Below are positions 56,094 through 64,000 of a stretch of DNA of 64,000 nucleotides, one piece after another. Source of the stretch: Caecitellus pseudoparvulus (taxonomy: Eukaryota; Protista; Bigyra: Bicosoecida); NCBI GenBank assembly GCA_965644315.1, contig CBFFRQ010000054.1, forward strand, positions 62,001 to 126,000, written 5' to 3'. The notes under the pieces are model-generated. The model saw nothing but the letters and a program-made list of their open reading frames with translations, had not been told where the DNA came from and did not search any database. Position 1 is the stretch's first letter. Each line of letters starts with the position of its first letter. The translations under genes and the position numbers were made by a program.

Positions 56094-59000
56094 ATGGACA
56101 AGTATGAGGAGCTGAAGACCATCGGGCGCGGCGCCTTTGCAGTCGTGCGCCTGGTGCGTCGCAAGGCTGATGACGCCCTGCTAGCCTGCAAGACCATGCG
56201 TTGTGGCATGGCTGAGTTGAGCGCCAAGGAGCGCATGGAGCTGACGCAGGAAGTGAAACTGCTGCACACGCTGCAGCACCCCAACGTGGTGGGCTTCATA
56301 GACAACTTGATCGATGCGGTGCGTGCCCCGCGTCGCGCGTGGCTGCGCTGCTGAGCCGCGGCGCGGCCCACCCGCTCCCGCTGGTGACAGGCCTCAGCCA
56401 CACGGCACTGCACTTCCTCCGCCGCCACAGGACGGTATCATGCACATCCTCATGGAGTACGCGGGGGGCGGCACGCTGCACAAGGCCATCGTCAACCGGG
56501 AGGGCGAGTACCTGCCCGAAGACACCATTTGGGAGATCTTTGTGCAGGTGCGTGGGAAGACCGCTCGCACCGCCCAGCTTGCAAACACAGCACGTTTCCT
56601 GACCCCCACGCCCCACACAGCTGGTTCTGGCCATCAAGTTCATCCACGCGTCCAATGTCATGCACCGGGACTTGAAGACGCAGAACGTGCTGATGGGCGG
56701 CCCCCAGCACCGGTATGTGAAGGTTGCGGATTTCGGCATCGCCAAAGTGCTGCAGTCAGGCGACGGCATGGCCGACACCATCGTCGGCACGCCACACTAC
56801 CTCAGTCCTGAGCTGTGCCAGGGGCAAAAGTACAACATGAAGAGCGACATGTGGGCGCTGGGCTGCATTCTGTACGAGCTGTGCACGCTGAACAAGCCGT
56901 TTGACGCTTCCAACATGCCCGCCATCATTTTCGCCATTATGCGCAACCAGCCGCAGCCCATCCCGGGGCATTTCTCCGCAGACATGCATGAAATGGTGAA
57001 TGCCCTGCTGCAGCCGTCCCCTGCCGACCGCCCGTCGGCGGCAGAAGTGTTTGCGCTGCCCATTGTCGTGCAGCACTGGCAGCGGTGGCAAGCGACAGCG
57101 GCGCACTTGGAGGGGGGTGGCGCCCCCCCCTCCAAGCAGGGCAAGGGGGGCACAGAAGTGCAGGACCCAACAGGGTCTCCCTCAGTCGGCCACGTGGCCA
57201 TGCGTGTGGACACACAGGCTGCCAGCGTGGGCGCGGCGCCGCCGCCCCAAACACCCGCCGCACAGAAGGCAGAGCTCATGGCCAGTGTTCGGGCGCTGGA
57301 AGAACGCATGCTGCCGGAGCTGGCACAGGCCCGCAGCGATGCGAAGATCCACTCTGCGCCCGATGCGCGTGCAGCCTTGGCGGCGCGGCTGGAAGACCTG
57401 GACTCGGAGTTGCGCAGTTGCCGCGAAATGCCGCACTTGTCCGGCGCAGTGTGGGAGGCACTGGGACAGGCCTGGGGCGAGACGGGGAATTTCGACAAGG
57501 CCATCAGCGCCTACCGCACTGCCCTGCGTTCCCGCAACGCCAACGCCAGCCTGACGGCCATGGAACAGCTGGGGAACCTGCTCGTGCGGCGGGCGCAGCA
57601 GATTTGGGCCATGGCGCGAGCAGGTGACGTGGCGGGGGCAGAAGCCGCCACCAGTGCCTTTGCGGGCGTCGCAGCACTGGGTGCAGCTGCCAAGGCCCGT
57701 GAGCGCCTGCGAGCAGCGAACATGGCGGACACGGCCGCCTCCGCCATCTCCAGTCCAGAGCAACGTGCCGCACGGCTGGTGCGGAAACCGAAAGCGCCCA
57801 CGACGCTGCTGGCGCTGCCAGAGGAGGGCACGGGGGGGGAGGGGGGTTCTGAGGATGACGGGGGGCCTGTGTGGAAGGCCCGTGCGGCAGCCATGATGGC
57901 TGAGGGGCTGGGCGTGCTGGAGCGCCTGCTGGGGTTCGGGCCCACCGCAGAGCGGTACGCGCTCCTGGGCTCAGCGTACAAGCGACGAGCGTGGACGGGT
58001 CTGGGCAGCTCCCGCAAGCAGGATCTGCGGGCTGCTGCAGAGGCGTACAAGACGGCCCACGGCTTCGAGATGGAGATGCGGGAGCAAGACCCCTCCTACG
58101 TGCCGTCACCCTATGCACGGCTGAACCAACTGACATTCGAGCTGCTGTCCAGTGCCAAGCAGGGCGGCAGCGGGCGCCTGTGCCGTCGTATCCAGGAAGC
58201 ACAGGAATGGGCCATGCTGCGTAAGGAGAGCGACCCGAAAGACGTCTGGCTGTGGCTGCAGATCGTGGACGCGAAGTGCCTGCGGTGGCTGTCTGGCTGT
58301 GACGGCGTGCGGCAGGGCGAGGTGGTGTCGGACTACCGGCTGCAATTCTCCGTCGGCACCTCCATGCGCGTGCGCAGCAGTGTCCTGGACCAGGTGCAGT
58401 TCATGCAGGAAGTGCTCAAGGGGCGTCTGTCCGAGGAAGAACAGCGCAGGTCGGAACACTTGTTCAAGTCCGGCCTGGGCGCATCAGGCATGCCCAGCTC
58501 CTTCCCCGTATCCCCCACGGGCGCCCCCAACATCACGGCAGATGCCTGGTCGGCGGCAGAGGACATGGGCCCAGGTGAATTGCCCCTGGCGTCAGTGAGC
58601 CGCAACGTCACGCCTGCGTCACCCACCGAGAGTGACGAAGCCGCTGCCGTGGCGACGCTGCCACTGCAGGACATGGCGGGGGATGTGGGGGGTGCAAGCA
58701 GCTCCATGAGCGGCGCAGGGGGGGGTGCGGGGGGAGCTGGCCGCCCCAGCACTGCTGAAACCCTGGCCTCTGCTCGCATTGCCCCCGACACCGTTATCGC
58801 CTGGCTGTCGCAGCTGGAGCGGCGCGTGGCCATTTTGAACCGGCGCCTGCAGCAGGGGGGCGACACAGACGAGGAGGAGGGGGAGGGGGGGGGTGCCTGT
58901 ACATCGGGCTCTTCCTCAGTGTCTGCCCGGGGTTCAGGCAGGGGCTCCAGTGGGGGGGGGGACACCTCCCGATCGGGCCCCCCCACGGGACCCCGCCGCC

Positions 59001-60334
59001 CCTCCCAGCGCACTCTTCGCGTCGTCTCCCGCCGTGCCGAAGCCGGTGGTGGCCTGGACACCCTGCACTCGACGGGGCTGTCTGAGGCTGGAGATGATAC
59101 GGTGGGCCGGGAGAGGGGCGAGGGCCACGGCACGGCGGGCGGCGGCACGGCCGACGATCCCCCCGGCCACACGTCCCACACAGGCACTGCTGGGTCCCGC
59201 ACCCACGGCTCGGGCACCTTCACCAGCGCCGCATCCAGCCCTGTGCGCACGGTGGGGGCAGCTGCCGTGGGTGGCGGCTCGGCAGGCGGCATCGCCCACC
59301 TGTCCTCCATCGGCTCTGACACTTTCCGTGCCGTGGCAGCCATGCCCCTGCCCAGCATGGCGGGGGGCATGTCCGACACGGCCTCCACGGGGCAGCGAGG
59401 CTTGTCTGTGGACGGTCCACGGGGCATTGGCGTGCGCTCGCCCTCCACAGTGCTGTCTTCCTCCTCCTCCGCCTCCTCCGCAAACCCCTTCGCACGGCGG
59501 TCAGCCAAGCCGTTCCGCCACCGTTCCCGGGATGACCGCGCTGTCGCCTCCCCGCCCACAGGCACCAGCAAAGACGTTGGCTTTCAACGGGCTCGGCGCA
59601 GTGTCGTGCCGACGGTGCCGCCGGGTGTCAACCCGTTTTCGCGGGCCGCTAAGAAATTCGCGCGGGGCAAGCGCGCCGCTGGCCCCGGGCACACTCTGCC
59701 GCCTGAAACGCTGCGTCAGGAGGACATGACTGCTCTGCGCCCCGTGACAGAGGACACTCTGGATCTGGACAGTGCCCGGCGCCCAGTCATTTCCACGCTG
59801 CCCTCGGAGGAGAGCGGCAGTGGCGCGGGCGGGGAGGGCGGTGAACCGTCGCCGCTGGTGCCGAGCCTGCCCGTGGAGGTGCGAGGGGGTGAGTCACCCG
59901 GCACGGGCATCCGCGCCCAGCGCACCAGTACCACTGTCAGCGCGTCTGCCGTGGGGGCACGCATCGCCTCCAACGGCTCCGTGGCGCCCAGCGCCACGTC
60001 CCTGCAGCGCACGACATCTGACGACGGCACGCAGGGAAGCGGGTTCCAGGACCAGACTGTCATGCCGCGAGACACGCCGGCACATGGCGCCGTGGCGTTG
60101 GCAGGCACTGATGGCCCCCTCACGCATGCACCCCTCCCCTGTGACCCAGCGCCAGGCACCGGCAAGAGCGGTGCAGGGTGGAAGGAGGTGCCGCAGCCAC
60201 CGATGGCGGGGCAAGCCTCCAGCCACACCAGCTCCAGCGGCCACTCCTCCGCCCGTGTCAGCCCCACCCAGCCACGGAGCCCACACGGTGCAGTGCCTGT
60301 GAAAGAAAAACCCTCCTGCTGCTGTGTTCAGTAG
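56094..60334 (+). CDS. NIMA-related (NEK) kinase with a TPR-like helical domain and C-terminal CCCVQ
   Basis: MDKYEELKTIGRGAFAVV, EVKLLHTLQHPNVV, HILMEYAGGGTL, HRDLKTQNV, DFG, GTPHYLSPELCQGQKYNMKSDMWALGC. Introns ~56319-56430 and ~56548-56620. Confidence 0.92.
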
Positions 60335-60476
60335 GTGCAGTGTCAGTACCATGCCGTCGCTGTGGGCGGCTCATACCGTGCGTGAGCGCGAGTGTTCCAT
60401 TCTCAACCTGCACGACAATGCACCACCAGCGACAGCAGGGCAGGGTGCAGGGGAGTGCATTCCACGGCGGGTGAAC

Positions 60477-62774
60477 TCACTTGGCAGCGGCGGCGCCGGC
60501 GGCCTGTGACACGCTCTGGCCCGCGACGTCGCCCAGCTTGCCGCTGTACAGCTCGTCGATGGCAGCCTTGAACGTCGTGCGTGCGACGGGGCGCTTCAAC
60601 TTGAAGGTGGGCGTCAGCAGCCCGTTCTCGGCGGAGAACAGCTCGTCGTGGATGTGCACGCCGCGCACCTTCTCGAAGCCGTGCAGGCCAGCGGCAGCTG
60701 CCACAGCCTTCATGTCCTCCTCAATGGCGGCCTTGACGGTGCTGTCGGCACAGAGCTCCTTGAAGGTCTTGTCCTTCAGGCCATCCTTGTCGGCCTTCCA
60801 CGTGTCCAGGTACTCCTCGTCCGGCACGACGATGCCGACGACGCAGGACTTGAGCGAGTCGCCGTAGACGAACACTTGCGCGACGAAGGAGCTCTGCGCG
60901 TACACGTTCTCGATCTTCTCCGCAGCCACGTACTCGCCCTGTGCCAGCTTGAAGATGTTCTTCTTGCGGTCGATGATCTTCAGGAAGCCCTCGGGCGTCC
61001 ACAGGCCGATGTCGCCGCTGTGCAGCCACCCATCCGCATCCAGCGCCTCTGCCGTCTTCTCCGGCGCCTTGAAGTAGCCGCTGAAGATGTGGTGCCCGCG
61101 GAAGCAGATCTCGCCTCGGCCGCGGCAGGGGATGCCTGGGTTGGTCACCTTGCCCGACTCGTCCTTCTCCTCGCCGTGCACGGTGTCCGTGATGCCGTAG
61201 CCCATCTCAGGCACCGCCTCCAGGCGAATCTCCGCGCACGGCACAGGCGCGCCGACGTTGCCCAGCTGCGTCTGGTCGCCGATGTTGGTGCAGGCAGACA
61301 CACCGCCGCACTCCGTCTGCCCATACCCCTCCAGCACCGGCACGCCAAAGACGCAGCGCAGGAACTGCATCACGTGGTCTGCGATGGGCGCGGAGCCCGT
61401 CACGAACAGGCGGCAGCGGTCCAGGCCCAGGCGCGTCTTGATGCCGTTGAACACCAGCCCGTCCCACACGGTGTTGTGCAGGTGGTTGCCCTGGGCCAGC
61501 CAGTACTTCTTCGCTTCCAGCCCGTTCGAGAACATGGTGGCCGCCACGCCGCCCTTGGCCGCCGCGCCCTGCGTGATCTTGTCGTAGATGCGGTTCCACA
61601 GGCGGGGCACGGAGGGGAAGATGGTGGGCCGCAGCGCCTTCAGGTCCTCCATCAGCTTCTTGGTGTCGCCCTGGAAGAAGCCGATGCGCGCGCCGCCCAT
61701 GAGCATGGCGCTGTGCATGAGGCGCTCGAACACGTGCGCCAGCGGCAGGTAGCTCAAGTGCACGTCCTCGGCAGTGCAGGAGACGCCCAGCAGGTGGGCA
61801 GAGGACACCACCGCCACGATACAGCGGTGGGACAGCAGGGCGCCCTTGGGGTTGCCCGTCGTGCCGGAGGTGAACATGACGGTGCAGATGTCGTCCCCCG
61901 TGGGGGGCGTGGGGGGGGCGGGGTTGGCCACACCCGCCTCCTTCACCGCTGCGAAGCTAAGCAGCTCCAGCCCCGCCTCCTTCGCCGCGGCGACGTCCTC
62001 CGGGCTGACGTCCTCGAACTGCACGATGGTGGTGAAATTGGGCACGGTCTCGGGGAAGTCAGACTTGATCTTCACCAGCTTGGGCGTCTCCAGGGACGAC
62101 GCGAACACCGTCTTCAGCTCGCACTGGCCGATGATGAAGCTGGCTGAGTCGGCGCCCAGCGTGTCGTACAGCGGCACGAGGGCCATGTTGTACTGGTTGC
62201 AGGCGTGCTCCACGATGCTCCACTCGTAGCGGTTCTTGGAGTACACACCCACCATGTTCAGCTGCAGGGGGGGCAGGGGCGGACCAAGCGCGCCAGTGTA
62301 GCAGGGTGCGTGTGCAATGGCGGGCTGCAGCCAGTGCACTCACGCTCAGGCCGTCGCTTTCCACGGTGGGAGCCAAGTCCAGGTGCTTGATGCCGGAAGC
62401 CAGGGAAGTGAACTCCACACGAGCCTCCTCGTAGGTGATCCACTGGAAGTCGTCAGCGGAGCCATCCTCCTTGATGGGCCGCCAGCCCTGCGCAGGCAAG
62501 CAGACATGTGTCGCGTTTCACTGTTGCCACCCCGCCGAGTGCAACGCGCTTCAGAGCGCAGCGCGGCACGCACGAAGACGGGAGCAGACTTGGACAGGGA
62601 GTGACCGCGGTTGAAGACGTCCGCCAGCGTGTTCACCCCCTCGAACCGTGTCGCAACGAGGGCGCTCTGGTACAGGCTGCTGCGGCGCACCTCGCCGAGG
62701 CCCTTCTCCACGTCAGCTGGAGCCACCTCAACAGCAGACACCTGCTGCACGATTTTGCTGCCACCTGCACCCAT
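60477..62774 (-). CDS. Long-chain acyl-CoA synthetase (ACSL/LACS)
   Basis: FTSGTTGNPKG, SYLPLAHVFER, EGYGQTE, GWLHSGDIG, IIDRKKNIFKLAQGEYVAAEKIE, LLTPTFKLKR. Introns 62488-62573 and 62262-62343. N-terminus MGAGGSK (myristoylation-like). Confidence 0.95.
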
Positions 62775-63127
62775 GGTGTAGATGCACTAGATTCTCAGGA
62801 CTGCGGGCGGCAGCGCACGCGCTCCGTGAAGTGGCGGCGGCAACGCAGGCTGGCTGGTCCGAAGCCATGTGCAGTGCACTTGCTGTACTCACAGAAAGCG
62901 GGCTCAGACACAGCGCAGAGCCAGGCAGTGGGGGAGGGTGTGTGGGAAAGTGATGCAACGCTCAAGTAAGGGCGCTTGCCTGCATTCAAGATTGAGTGCG
63001 GTGATTTGGGAGCCCGCCAGTCCTTCTCCACCACCCGCAACGCGAGCCACACAAACCAGTCAAGGGGGGGGGGTCGTCGCCGCCATGCACCCTCCCCCCG
63101 GTCCCAGCCTCGGTAGCTGGTGAAGAG

Positions 63128-64000
63128 TCACAGCACGACCTCCACGTCCACTACACGCTTGGCTTCCTCGGCATCCCCCACCAGCGCCGTGACGCCAGCG
63201 TGTGACGGCAGCAGCACAGCACACCGGTCACCGTGGCTTCGGTACCGCGGGTGTGGGACTGCGGCGGGGATAACGGCGGCCTTGGACGCGGCAGCACCAC
63301 CAGCCCCAGCACGACCTTTGAGGAGACCCCCGATCTCAAGTCGTTCACACACCCCGTGGACGCCGCCCCCCCTCTCCACATCCCACAGCACCAAGTTCCC
63401 CCCCTCATCCCCGCTGACCACCCCCGCGTCGCCTGCCACCACTGCACCACGGATGGGGTACTGCGTCGCCGTGTGTCCCCTGTACACCCCTAGCTGCTGC
63501 CCGGATGACAGGTCCACGAAACGCACGGCGCCAGGGTGGGCCGCCGTGACTGGCACTTCGCCGGGGGGCTTCCCGTCATCTTGCCAGACTGGAGCCTTGT
63601 GTTTGGGCGCTGTGTGGCCCTGTGTCCACACGAAGAGGCTGTCGCCATCACTGCCCACTTGCACATGCGTCACGGGGTCCCCAACTGCAACTTCAACGAC
63701 GGACCCCGCCCGGATGTCGAACAGCCTCACCGTCTCATCCACACTGCCTGCCGCGACACGGTCCCCGCCCCCCGCCACCTCCACGCACGTGACGGCGTCT
63801 CGAAAGGTCTCTTCCATGCAGGGCCGCCAATCGCGTGATCGCATATCCCACGCCCGCAGCGCCTTGTCTTGTGCCGCAGACCAGAGCATTTGCCCAGTGG
63901 GCGCCCAGGCCGCGGCGTGGACGGCGCCAGAGTGGCCCTTGATACTGCGTAATACGCTCCCAGTGCTGACGTCCCACACCGTCACCGCCCGGTTCGTCCC
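63128..64000 (-). CDS. WDR83: WD40 protein WDR83/MORG1-like (5' part outside window)
   Basis: VWDVSTGSVLRSIKGHSGAV, AWDMRSRDWRP..FRDAVTCV, GSVDETVRLFDIRAG, YRGHTATQYPI. Confidence 0.78.
   Translation of the reverse strand, partial: GTNRAVTVWDVSTGSVLRSIKGHSGAVHAAAWAPTGQMLWSAAQDKALRAWDMRSRDWRPCMEETFRDAVTCVEVAGGGDRVAAGSVDETVRLFDIRAGSVVEVAVGDPVTHVQVGSDGDSLFVWTQGHTAPKHKAPVWQDDGKPPGEVPVTAAHPGAVRFVDLSSGQQLGVYRGHTATQYPIRGAVVAGDAGVVSGDEGGNLVLWDVERGGGVHGVCERLEIGGLLKGRAGAGGAAASKAAVIPAAVPHPRYRSHGDRCAVLLPSHAGVTALVGDAEEAKRVVDVEVVL

Noticed and set aside
60648-62147. Long antisense ORFs (also 28699..29880, 1706..3292, 49580..51499, 5324..6514)
   Set aside because: These are shadow ORFs opposite GC3-biased genes and carry no independent motifs.
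1-64000. Prokaryotic operon/defence island, endogenous virus or virophage, or transposon
   Set aside because: Spliceosomal introns and core eukaryotic genes occur throughout. I saw no integrase, transposase, RT, capsid, terminal repeats or strongly AT-rich insert.

Overview
Gene-dense, GC-rich eukaryotic nuclear DNA from a compact protist genome. It has short GT-AG introns of about 60-110 nt (GTGCGT/GTGAGT donors, CAG acceptors) and uses the standard code. A heterotrophic stramenopile such as a bicosoecid is my inference from gene content. About 21 protein-coding genes are present: an IQ/WW/B-box protein, an ABCB transporter, TMEM260, AAR2, two tandem ankyrin-like paralogs, a TRF4-like nucleotidyltransferase, a type I surface protein, a Siw14-like phosphatase, eIF5B, a REC114-like candidate, a TPR-villin-headpiece protein, a multi-glycosyltransferase, a MATE transporter, a 2xPH-Sec6 protein, a true lamin, a SWR1/SRCAP remodeller, a NEK kinase, an acyl-CoA synthetase and WDR83. 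Main observations: (1) AATGCA recurs just downstream of most stop codons on the coding strand, a candidate lineage-specific 3'-end signal, once shared as a palindrome by two convergent genes; (2) a hidden 53-codon Cys-rich micro-gene with an in-frame TGA is absent from the ORF track; (3) a complete non-metazoan lamin; (4) a probable meiotic REC114/PHS1 gene; (5) several unusual domain fusions; (6) a dispersed 38-aa ankyrin family with a third copy implied just left of the window. I recognised no rRNA, tRNA, CRISPR array or transposase. Exon boundaries were read by eye and need RNA-seq confirmation.
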